A stretch of DNA of 64,000 nt. Source: an uncultured Chloroflexia bacterium (lineage in GTDB: Bacteria > Chloroflexota > Limnocylindria > Limnocylindrales > CSP1-4). The DNA is taken from NCBI GenBank assembly GCA_963843335.1, contig CAWJKF010000003.1, positions 18,207-82,206 of the forward strand. The letters are read 5' to 3'. Shown here piece after piece: positions 39,053-47,717 of this stretch. The translations under genes and the position numbers were made by a program. Within the stretch, counting starts at the first letter, position 1, and every line of letters starts with the position of its first letter. The notes beneath the pieces are model-generated. The model saw only the letters and a list, made by a program, of their open reading frames with translations, was not told where the DNA came from and ran no database searches.

Positions 39053-39901
39053 TCACGATGGGCGGGCGGCGAGCTCCGCGATCAGGTCGGCCAGGAGGCG
39101 TGGGTCGGCGGTCCAGCCATCCGCGCCCAGCGAGCGTGCCGTCGCTGCATCGGCGACGGCGAAACCACCGACGATGAGGAGTGCCCCGGGATCCTGTCGG
39201 CGCGCCGCGGCGATGAGGCGTCGCGCGTCCCGAAGACGGGCGACATCGGCCACGCTCACGATCACCGCGACCAAGTCGTCGTCGGCGGCCATCGCCGCGG
39301 CCAGCGACGCAGGTGGGGTGTCCGGGCCTGAGTCCAGGACCGCATAGCCATCCCCGCGAAGGATGTCGGACACCATCGCGGCGCCGAGCCCGTGACGGTC
39401 ACCGGGCGGCATCACGACCAGGATGTTGCCGCGGTGGCGACCACGCCGCTGGAACCTCGGTCCGAGACGACCGATGAGCGAGGTGGCGACGCGACTGGCG
39501 ATGTGCTCCTGCTCGATGCCCAGATCGCCGTCCCGCCACCTGCTACCGATGGCATGGAGCGCAGGGCCCAGGATCTCGACGTACGTGTCGGCGGGCGTCA
39601 TGCCAGATGCCATGGCCGCTTCCAGCACCTGCCAGCTGCCCGCAGGGTCGCCGGCCAGCATCCTGCGCTGGAGACGACCTGCCCATGGAGCCGGCTGCCG
39701 CGGGAGCGGGTGGCCGGCGGCGTCTCCGGGCTCAGGCGCCCGGAGACGGTCGAGGTCTCGTGGGTCGACCCGCCAGTGACCACCGACCTTGTCGGCCGGC
39801 AGGATGCCCAGCCGGACATACCGGTACGCGGTCATGTAGTGCACGCCGAGTCGCTCCGCCGCCTGCTGCAGCGTGATCTCGTCGGGAGGGTCGATGGTCA
39901 T
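39053..39901 (-). CDS. CarH/LitR-like B12-binding photoreceptor regulator with an excisionase-type HTH
   Basis: Start MTIDPP. N-terminal HTH (LTLQQAAERLGVHYMTAYRYVRLGILPADKVGGHWRV). B12-binding_2 helical bundle with Wx9EH (WRDGDLGIEQEH). Rossmann B12-binding domain with DxHxxG (GDRHGLG). Confidence 0.75.
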   Translation of the reverse strand: MTIDPPDEITLQQAAERLGVHYMTAYRYVRLGILPADKVGGHWRVDPRDLDRLRAPEPGDAAGHPLPRQPAPWAGRLQRRMLAGDPAGSWQVLEAAMASGMTPADTYVEILGPALHAIGSRWRDGDLGIEQEHIASRVATSLIGRLGPRFQRRGRHRGNILVVMPPGDRHGLGAAMVSDILRGDGYAVLDSGPDTPPASLAAAMAADDDLVAVIVSVADVARLRDARRLIAAARRQDPGALLIVGGFAVADAATARSLGADGWTADPRLLADLIAELAARPS

Positions 39902-39915
39902 GGCGTCTGGACCGG

Positions 39916-40715
39916 TCAGCTGGGGGCCAGCGTTCCCGCGAACACCTGCCAGGCCAGCAACGACTTGGCCACGAGGCTCAGGATGATGTACGTCTTCTCG
40001 CCGAAGAGGTACGAGCGCCAGCGACCCACGCGGCGGTATTGCAGCAGCATGTTGATGGCGAAGATGTTGAAGAACACGAACAGCGACACGAAGATGGCGT
40101 AGACGAAGGCGGGCGGCTCTGCGGCGCTTCCCGGGGACCAGAGATAGATGCCGATGGCCAGCCACGGCGCGATGCCCACGACGCAGCCCATCCAGAAGGG
40201 CAGCAGGATCCGCCCGGCCGTTCGTACTTCTCCTGGACCGCGCCAAAGAAGATCATCGCCGCGTTGGCCGCGAAGATCGCGATGAGGGCAGCGACGTCGC
40301 TGATGCCGGTGATGAGCGCGATGAGCACGATCATCACCGAAGACGACAGTGAGTATTCGGCCCAGCGGTAGAAGTTGTGGTCGGCCTCGAGCCCGGAGAT
40401 GTAGCGACCGAAGACACCCGGCGCGCTCACGAGCCAGTGGAAGCCAGCGGACAGGAACAGGAACAGCGCGACGCCCCACGCCACGGACACGTCGAACAGC
40501 GTGGTCGGCGTGCTGGCCGGGGTCCCTGGAGGACCGTTGAGGAACGATGCCGTGACCGGGAGCGCGAAGGCAGTCGCGAGCGCGATCACTGCCACGCCCT
40601 GCAGGGCGTGGATGAGACCCATCCCGACGTTCCATCGTCTCAGGGACGTTGCGGTGGCCACTGGCATCGGGCGTGGTGATGCGGCTGCTGCTGCAGCGGC
40701 GGAGGCGGAGATCAT
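39916..40715 (-). CDS. heliorhodopsin (retinal-binding, inverted-topology rhodopsin) with one apparent single-base frameshift near 40215
   Basis: Match to heliorhodopsin along its length (SFLNGPPGT, NFYRWAEYSLSSSVMIVLIA, FGAVQEKYERPGG / LLPFWMGCVVGIAPW, YIILSLVAKSLLAWQVFAGTL with Schiff-base Lys). GAGGA Shine-Dalgarno before the ATG at 40715. N- and C-halves lie in ORFs 39978..40715 and 39916..40635. Confidence 0.75.
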
Positions 40716-40775
40716 GAAGCGTGTCCTCAGAGAGCTGCGGAGATCGCGATGGCGGCTCGCTCGCAGCGTCCGTAC

Positions 40776-40787
40776 TTTAGTACTAAA
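40776..40787. promoter_or_regulatory. 12-bp perfect palindrome TTTAGTACTAAA in the AT-rich divergent intergenic region between heliorhodopsin and vapB
   Basis: Read directly in sequence. Lies in the only AT-rich stretch of the intergenic region; candidate operator (RHH antitoxins bind palindromes). Confidence 0.3.
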
Positions 40788-40899
40788 TTGCGTTCGTTGC
40801 AGGGATCGCGCCGACGTCCGGGGTCACGCCTTCCCAGCTGGCGTGACAGCGGGGTCGAACAGGCAGATATCATGTAGCTCCGACTGTTATCATATCGAC

Positions 40900-41142
40900 G
40901 TGATCCGAACACAGATCTCCCTGACCGACGACCAGATGCGGCGCCTTCGCTCGGAAGCCCGCAGGCGGGGCGTGCCGATCGCCGCGGTGGTCCGCGAGGC
41001 GGTGGACCGCGTGGTTCCCGGGGGTGCGCCGTCGCGTCGCGCGGCGTTCGATCGCGCCCTGGCCGCTGCCGGCCGGTTCGACTCCGGGACCGGTGACGTG
41101 GCCGAACGCCACGACGAGATCGCGGGCGAGACGGACTGGTGA
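40900..41142 (+). CDS. vapB: ribbon-helix-helix (CopG-like) antitoxin
   Basis: GTG start. RHH pattern ISLTDDQMRRLRSEARRRGVPIAAVVREAVDR. Stop overlaps the vapC start. Confidence 0.6.
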   Translation: MIRTQISLTDDQMRRLRSEARRRGVPIAAVVREAVDRVVPGGAPSRRAAFDRALAAAGRFDSGTGDVAERHDEIAGETDW

Positions 41143-41555
41143 CGCGCGTCTTCGTTGACACGAGCGCCTTCCTGGCGCTACTCGACCGCGCCGACCCGCG
41201 GCACGTGGACGTCCGGAATGCGTTCGCCGAGCTCACCGGCGACGAGTTGGTGACGCACGGCTACGTCGTGGCGGAGTCGCTCGCAGTCGTCCGGCGCCGC
41301 TTCGGCGTCGACGGCGCGATCGCCCTGGTGGACGACCTCTTGCCGGTCGTGGACCTCGTCCCGGTCGAGCCCGATCTGCACCGGCGCGTTCTCCTTCGCT
41401 ACCGCGAGTCTCTGCCTTCCGGCATCTCGTTCGTCGACCGGGTCAGCTTCGCGATCATCGAGCGCGACGCGATCGATGCTGCCCTGGCGACCGACGCGGA
41501 CTTCCGCGCAACCGGCGTGCCGCTCATCCCGGTGCCTGCGGACCCCACGTCCTGA
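41139..41555 (+). CDS. vapC: PIN-domain ribonuclease toxin
   Basis: MTRVFVDTSAFLALLD (first acidic residue) plus conserved D/E positions further on. Start overlaps the vapB stop. Confidence 0.75.
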   Translation: MTRVFVDTSAFLALLDRADPRHVDVRNAFAELTGDELVTHGYVVAESLAVVRRRFGVDGAIALVDDLLPVVDLVPVEPDLHRRVLLRYRESLPSGISFVDRVSFAIIERDAIDAALATDADFRATGVPLIPVPADPTS

Positions 41556-41796
41556 CCGCTACGGTGGACGCCGTCATGCGGGTGGCGGCCGGGCGCCGGT
41601 ACCTCGGGCGAGCCGAATGCCGAAGCCGATGCTTCGGCTCGTGAGCCTCGAGGAGCCGTACGTCCTGGACGACCAGAAGGCCCGCTGAGGCGATCGCGGC
41701 CGTCGGCCTCTCCCCGGAGGTCGCGGTGACACCGGTGGTCCTCCGTGGACCGGTGTCACCGCGTGCACCATTCGCGCATCCTGTGTACACTCCGTT

Positions 41797-41871
41797 GGCG
41801 GGGTGGAGCAGCGGCAGCTCGTCGGGCTCATAACCCGAAGGTCGGCGGTTCGAATCCGTCCCCCGCAACCA
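41797..41871 (+). tRNA. tRNA-Met(CAU): initiator-type tRNA-Met (anticodon CAU)
   Basis: GGCGGGGTGGAGCAGCGGCAGCTCGTCGGGCTCATAACCCGAAGGTCGGCGGTTCGAATCCGTCCCCCGCAACCA. Near-identical to the E. coli tRNA-fMet architecture (three G-C pairs in the anticodon stem, 1-72 mismatch, encoded CCA). Confidence 0.85.
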
Positions 41872-41929
41872 AAGACTCCTGACTTGACGGCCCCGTGGAT
41901 CCCGCCTCCCGGGGTCGTTCCCTTTGTCC

Positions 41930-43103
41930 TCAGAGATGCCGGCCGGCCTCGACGGGCCCCAGCGTCATCACGGCGTCCGTGCCACAGATCCGGCCGAGGC
42001 GCTCCACCTGGGCCGAGAGCTCACGCGCCTGCGCACGATCGAGATCGGCGAAGAGCTCCACCCGCAGGTGGAGGCTCCGGCCGACTGGACGCTGGTGCCA
42101 GATCCCGGCTACCACCCCATCCACGAGCACGACCGGCACGTTGCCCGCCTGGCCCCGTGACAAGGCCCGATGCGCCGCGAGACCTGGGAACAGCTGCTCG
42201 CGCGGGTGGCAGCCGACCGTGTACGCGTCGAAGTAGGGCAGGAGCCTGATGCCACGAGGCGGGGGCGGCGGACACCTCGAGGTCGTCCGACGGTAGCCAC
42301 GCCCGCGTGCCCTGGATGTCGACCTCCGTCAATGCCGGGCCCATACGCTCGAACAGCCCGGCCGCCCATCGTTTCGGTGCAGCCAGCCACTGTGCGAACT
42401 GCGCGGGTGTGGCGGGTCCATACGCGAACAGGTAGCGCCGCACCAGGTCCGCGATCGCGGCGTCAGGATCCGCCGGTGCGAAGCCGGGAAGCCAACGACG
42501 CGGGCTCGTGTACGTGACGTTTCGGCCACGGCCAGGGCCGAAGCACAGGACGCCCTGTCGTGCGGCTGGGATGATGGCGCGTCGCCACCGGGGCCACATC
42601 TCGTTGAACGCCGGGATGACCCGCGCATCAGCCCACGGACCGGTCGCCGCCACGACCCGCTCGCCCAGCTGGTCGAGCGTCAGCTCTGCGTCGCGCACAG
42701 CCGTGTCCATCGCCGCGATGATCTCGATCATCTCAGCATCGCCCAGTCGCAGCTCTGGGGGCAGGCTGTCCGACCCAGCTGGAACGCACGACAGCGCGCC
42801 GGTCCACATCGGCAGCTCGCTGGTCGGCAGCAGGTGCACCGTGCCGCGAGGCCCGAACGTCTTGATCAGGCTGCGGTCCACCCACAGCGCCTGCCGGATG
42901 TCCGATCGAGTGCCGGTCGCCATCCGCAGACCGATCGAGAGCTCGGCCGCAGCCATGACCTGGGCATGCGCGCCGGCGATGCTGCTGCAGACCTCGGCTG
43001 GCCGGGCAACGGATACCGGGTCAGCCAGCCGGTGGCGTTGCAGCCGCCTCGCGTGGACCTGCGACCACGTCATCAGGGGCAGGATCGGACGGCCGGCGCT
43101 CAT
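41930..43103 (-). CDS. second winged-helix DUF1006 / AlkZ-YcaQ-like gene, with an apparent frameshift near 42200-42300
   Basis: Start MSAGRPILPLMTWSQVHARRLQRHRL. Family blocks RGTVHLLPTSELPMW, FGPGRGRNVTYTSP, YLFAYGPATPAQFAQW. C-terminal GNVPVVLVDGVVAGIWHQRP is in a different frame (ORF 41930..42163). Confidence 0.55.
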
Positions 43104-43128
43104 CGCGACAGTGTGACGCCACGTATGG

Positions 43129-43901
43129 TCAGGACCCGAGTACCCCGCCATTGATATCCAGGGTGGCGCCGGTGATGAAGCCATCGTATTCGGAGGCAAG
43201 GAACACCGCGGCCCGGGCCACGTCGTCGGCCGTACCAGCTCTGCCGAGCGGATCCTGGCGACCGACGCCTCGGCGGATTCGGCCGTGGTGTGGGTATCGT
43301 GGAACGAGGTGCCGAGGATCATGCCCGGGGCCAGGGCGTTGACACGCACGCCGCGCGGCCCGACCTCGCTCGCCAGGGCGCGCGTGAAGGTGAGGATGGC
43401 GCCCTTGCCGGTGGAGTAGACGAGCGAGCCCGGATGGCCACCCTGACGACCGGCAAGCGAGGCGAGGTTGACGATGCTCGCGCCACCGCGGGTCTGTGCC
43501 GCCGCGATGAGGTGGGGCAGGGCCGCCCGCGTGACACGACGGGTGCTGCCCAGATTGACGTCCATGACCTCGTCCCAGAAGGCATCGTCCGCTTCGCTCA
43601 GGCTCTTGCGCGCGACCAGCGACCCTGCGTTGTTGACGAGCACGTCGATGCCGCCGAGGAAGTCGACCGCGCACGCCACGAGCTCGTCGCATGCTGCGGT
43701 CGCAGTGAGGTCTGCGGACGCCTGCGCGGAGCGGCGACCGAGCTGCTCGGCCTCGCGTGCCAGCTCCCGTGCGCCCTCCGCACTGGAGCGGTAGTGGACG
43801 AACACGTCGCAGCCCGCCGCCAGCAGGTGGCGGGAGATGGCATGGCCGATACCTTGACCGCCCGCGGTGACGAGCGCCCGCTTCCCCGACAGCTTGTGCA
43901 T
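43129..43901 (-). CDS. short-chain dehydrogenase/reductase (SDR) with an apparent frameshift near 43290
   Basis: TAGGQGIGHAI (cofactor-binding motif), NNAG, YSTGKGAIL (catalytic Y-x3-K) in one frame. C-terminal GRAGTADDVARAAVFLASEYDGFITGATLDINGGVLGS in another. Confidence 0.6.
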
Positions 43902-43949
43902 CGCCGGTCCAGACGTCTCGACCATGTGCACGGGTCGTCAGGCCGAGGA

Positions 43950-44484
43950 TCGAGAGCCAGCCGACGATGCGTCCGGCGACGCTCTCGGCCGACAGGTCGT
44001 CGACATCGATGATGAGGTCAGCGATGGCCGTGTACAGACGCTCCCTGGCCTCCGCCTGACGGACCAGCCAGGTGGTATCCGTGGCCTCCTCGCGGCGTCC
44101 GGCACCCGATCCGATGCGAGCCCGGAGCGTCTCCGGACGTGCCCGCAGCCACACGACGGTGGCCGACTCGCGCAGGGCCCGCACGGCATCGTCGGCGAGC
44201 ACCACGGCAGCCGCGGCGCCGATGAGGACCGGCGGCGGCAGCCCCAACGCCTCGATGAGGGCGCGGGTCTCCAGGGTGTGCAGGGTGTCCTCGCCATCCG
44301 TGGCGCGGATGTCTGCGGGCTCACGTCCGCTGGTGCGTCGCACCAGCTCATCGTTGTCGGCGTACGGCCAGCCGGTCCGGTCTGCCAGCAGCCGCCCGAC
44401 CGTCGTCTTGCCGCAGCCCATCATGCCTACCAGCACGACGCGCCGGGACGGATCACGAGCCGCGGCGCGTGGGTCGGCCGGCAT
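43950..44484 (-). CDS. aroK: shikimate-kinase-like P-loop kinase (3' end uncertain; no stop in frame before 43129)
   Basis: RRVVLVGMMGCGKTTVGRLLADRTGWPYADNDELV...; the length of the conserved part is about 175 aa. Confidence 0.5.
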
Positions 44485-44573
44485 CTCCCTAGGTCACCCC
44501 GTTGCGCTTGTCAGTGGCAGGACCGGACGACGCGCTGTCGCCCGGTCCTGAGGACGTGCTCGGGAGCGCGGTG

Positions 44574-45887
44574 CTACTGGGCCGGGCAGGCCCCGGAACT
44601 GACACACGCTGCCGCGATGGCGGACTGCGTCCCGGCGACATCCCTGGACGTCACGAAGACATTGATCGCGTCCGTGAACGGCGTCAGGAACGCAGGGACG
44701 GTAGCCGGTCCGTTGGCCTGGCTGGGGACCAGCTCGAGGCTGCCGAAGTCGGCCATCGCCTGCTGCGAGTATGCGTCGTACAAGGTCTTGTCGGCGTCCA
44801 CACGAGCCGGGATGGAGCCCTTCTTGGGGTTGAAGGCATCCTGACCCGCGACCGATGCGAGCGTGTCGAGCCAGGCGATCGCGTTGTCCTGGTCCTTGGC
44901 CCCGACCGGCACCGCGAAGGTATCGGTCACGACCGTGAAGGTACCGTCCGCGCCCGGCACGGGACTCCAACCGAAGTCCGTATTCGGCTTCCAACCCTTG
45001 GAGGTGAAGTAGCCCTTGGTCCAGTCACCCATGACGGTGAAGGCAGCTGTGCCGGACAGGACCTTGTCCGCTGCCTGGTCCCAGCTGAGCGTTGCGTGAT
45101 CGTCATTGACGTAGTCGAGGACCTTGCCGAAGGTGGTCAGGGCGTCGGTGACACGGGCATCGGTCCACGGCACGGTGCCGGCCCAGACACCCCGATAGTC
45201 GGCAGCGCCGAGCTTGCCCAGCAGGATCTGCTCGAACAGGTTGACGTCGGTCCAGCCGTCCTTGTCGCCCAGGGCGAGGGGCGTGATACCCGCTGTCTTG
45301 AGCTTGTCGGCCGCCGCGAAGAAGGAGTCCCAGTCGGTCGGTGCGCTGATGCCATTGTCCGCGAGGACCTTGGCGTTGTTCCAGAGGACGCCGTTGCGGT
45401 GCACTCCCACCGGCACGGCATAGGGCGCGCCCTCGTAGCTCACCAGATCGACGATGCCCTTGGGGAACTTGTCATTCAGGTCGCGCTGCGTGTAGAAGTC
45501 AGCTAGCGACTGCGTGAAGCCGGTCTTGACCCAGGTATCGATGTTCTCCGCGCCGCCGTGGATCTGGTAGGCGTCGGGCGGCGTGCCACCGGTCATGCGT
45601 GTCGCCAGCACCGCGTTGGCGTTGGTGCCCGCTCCGCCGGCGATGACGGCGTTGATGACCTCGATGCCGGGGTGCTGCTGCGCGAACACGTCCTCGATCG
45701 CCTTGAGGCCGTCCGCCTCCCCGCCCGCGGTCCAGTAGGTGAAGATCTCCACCTGCCCGCTGCCGGGTGACTGCGCGGCTACGCCCGACCCGACGGCCAG
45801 CGCGCCGGCGATGATCGCCGTCGTCGCGATCGCCATCGTGCCTCGAACCAGTGGTCGCCCGCCAGGCGTCCGGTATCCGTGGATCAT
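44574..45887 (-). CDS. carbohydrate ABC transporter substrate-binding protein
   Basis: Start MIHGY with GAGGAGG Shine-Dalgarno. Signal peptide. Family-1 sugar SBP pattern. Confidence 0.8.
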   Translation of the reverse strand: MIHGYRTPGGRPLVRGTMAIATTAIIAGALAVGSGVAAQSPGSGQVEIFTYWTAGGEADGLKAIEDVFAQQHPGIEVINAVIAGGAGTNANAVLATRMTGGTPPDAYQIHGGAENIDTWVKTGFTQSLADFYTQRDLNDKFPKGIVDLVSYEGAPYAVPVGVHRNGVLWNNAKVLADNGISAPTDWDSFFAAADKLKTAGITPLALGDKDGWTDVNLFEQILLGKLGAADYRGVWAGTVPWTDARVTDALTTFGKVLDYVNDDHATLSWDQAADKVLSGTAAFTVMGDWTKGYFTSKGWKPNTDFGWSPVPGADGTFTVVTDTFAVPVGAKDQDNAIAWLDTLASVAGQDAFNPKKGSIPARVDADKTLYDAYSQQAMADFGSLELVPSQANGPATVPAFLTPFTDAINVFVTSRDVAGTQSAIAAACVSSGACPAQ

Positions 45888-45901
45888 CGTGTGCCTCCTC
45901 T

Positions 45902-45932
45902 GGCAATACCGGTAAGACCGGCAATACCGGTA
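45902..45932. promoter_or_regulatory. two direct copies of GGCAATACCGGTA, each containing the palindrome TACCGGTA, in the divergent promoter region between the SBP gene and gntR
   Basis: Copies at 45902-45914 and 45920-45932. A TATACT -10-like hexamer follows. GntR/FadR operators are typically short palindromes. Confidence 0.4.
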
Positions 45933-45969
45933 TACTAGCGAGGATGTCAACCACGGAGAGGTGACCAGG

Positions 45970-46752
45970 ATGCCCGCTCCCAGCGCCGATAGCGTGGTCC
46001 GGACGCTGTCCGAGGAGATCCTCTCCGGTGCCTTGGCGCCGGGAGACAGGCTCCCCTCCGAGCGGGACCTGGCGATGCGCTTCAGGGTCGGCAGGCCACT
46101 CATCCGGGAGGCGCTGCGGTCCCTGGCCGAGCTCAACCTCATCGAGACCATCCCCGCCAGGGGCACCTTCGTGCGCGCCGGCAACGACACTCGCGCCGAC
46201 CGACAGGCGGGCATGGCCATCCGCCGCCGGGGCGTGACGGCGCACGAACTGTCCGAGGCGCGACTGATGCTCGAGACCGGGACCGCACGCCAGGCCGCCC
46301 AGCGCGCCACGCCGGAGGACATCGAGCGGTTGGAGGCGATCCTTGGGGTGCTCGACCGCAGCGCGGGCATCGACCACGTCGAGCGGGATCTCGCTTTCCA
46401 CCTGGAGATCGCTGCGGCGGCCCACAACCCGGTGGTGGAGATGATGCTCGAGTCCATCGCGGTGCCCACCGCAGCGCTCATGTTCCGGAGCGTGGGCGAC
46501 GGTGCGGTGATGGCGCGCAGCCAGCCATTCCATCGCATCGCGCTGGACGCCATCCGGGTCGGTGACGGGGACGCGGCAGGGGAGGCCATCCGCGCTCACC
46601 TCACGGTCGCGGAGGAGCTCTACGGCGTGGACTACGAGCGGAGCGTCGACGAGCTGGCGCGCCAGGCCCTGACCCAGATGGGCGCGCGCACCGGGCTCGA
46701 TGACTTGGTCGACAGGGTGCTCTCCGCACGCCACGCCGACCGCGACGGATGA
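45970..46752 (+). CDS. GntR-family (FadR/FCD subfamily) transcriptional regulator
   Basis: GGAGAGG Shine-Dalgarno. HTH LPSERDLAMRFRVGRPLIREALRSL. FCD-like C-terminal helical domain. Confidence 0.75.
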   Translation: MPAPSADSVVRTLSEEILSGALAPGDRLPSERDLAMRFRVGRPLIREALRSLAELNLIETIPARGTFVRAGNDTRADRQAGMAIRRRGVTAHELSEARLMLETGTARQAAQRATPEDIERLEAILGVLDRSAGIDHVERDLAFHLEIAAAAHNPVVEMMLESIAVPTAALMFRSVGDGAVMARSQPFHRIALDAIRVGDGDAAGEAIRAHLTVAEELYGVDYERSVDELARQALTQMGARTGLDDLVDRVLSARHADRDG

Positions 46753-47717
46753 ACCGACGTCAGCAGCTATGGGCGGCGATCGTCCTGGTGCCCGCGCTGC
46801 TCTCCACCGCCATCTTCGTCTACGGCTTCGTGGCCTGGACGGGATACGCCTCGCTCACCGACTGGAACACCATGCGACGGGTCACGAGCTTCATCCCCGA
46901 TGCGCCCCTGGTGGGTGTCGCCAACTATCAGGCGGTGTTCGACACACCCCGGTTCTGGACCAACGACGTGTTCGCGAGCATCGTGTTCACGCTCGTGTTC
47001 GTGATCGGCTGCATCGTGATGGGCCTGCTGCTGGCCATCCTCATCGACCAGCACATCCGGGCCGAATCGGTCTTCCGGAGCATCTTCCTGTTCCCGATGG
47101 CGCTCTCGTTCGTGGTCACCGGGACGGTGTGGGCATGGATCCTCAATCCCACGAACGGCATCAACGTGCTGCTCGACGCGACGGGCATCTCGGTCATCCG
47201 GAGCGCGCTCCTGGGTGTGGGTGTGCTGCAACCGTTGTGGGGGCTGCTCGACTCGCTGCGCATCGACATGCTCCGACCGGGCATGACCGCCGACCCCCGC
47301 GCGGTGCTCGCGGCCATCGGCATCGCGGCCATCTGGCAGATGTCGGGATTCGTGATGGCCCTCTACCTGGCTGGGTTGCGGGGTGTCTCGGATGAGCTGC
47401 GTGAGGCCGGCCGGATGGACGGCGCATCAGAGATCAGCATCTACCGGCGCATCGTCATCCCGCTGCTGCGACCGATCACGGTCAGCGCCATCGTCCTGCT
47501 GGGCTACGTCTCGCTCAAGATGTTCGACCTGGTCTTCGTGCTCACGCACGGCGGTCCCGCCCTGTCCAGCGACCTGCCATCGATCTTCATGTTCGAGACC
47601 ACCTTCAAGAGCAACCAATGGGCGCGCGGCGCAGCGGTGGCGGTGCTGATGCTGCTGGCCTCGGCCGTCGTGGTGGTGCCGTACATCCGGTCCGAGCTGC
47701 GGCAGCGCAACGCATGA
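46749..47717 (+). CDS. sugar ABC transporter permease (MalF/UgpA-like)
   Basis: 6-TM permease. EAA-loop region MSGFVMALYLAGLRGVSDELREAGRMDGAS. Confidence 0.8.
   Translation: MNRRQQLWAAIVLVPALLSTAIFVYGFVAWTGYASLTDWNTMRRVTSFIPDAPLVGVANYQAVFDTPRFWTNDVFASIVFTLVFVIGCIVMGLLLAILIDQHIRAESVFRSIFLFPMALSFVVTGTVWAWILNPTNGINVLLDATGISVIRSALLGVGVLQPLWGLLDSLRIDMLRPGMTADPRAVLAAIGIAAIWQMSGFVMALYLAGLRGVSDELREAGRMDGASEISIYRRIVIPLLRPITVSAIVLLGYVSLKMFDLVFVLTHGGPALSSDLPSIFMFETTFKSNQWARGAAVAVLMLLASAVVVVPYIRSELRQRNA

Noticed and set aside
43129-44484. Treating the 451-aa ORF as a single kinase-SDR fusion
   Set aside because: The SDR N-terminus (TAGGQGIGHAI...YSTGKGAIL) is in a different frame (ORF 42021..43931). 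More parsimonious is a kinase gene plus an SDR gene with a frameshift; the stretch between them in this frame is low-complexity.
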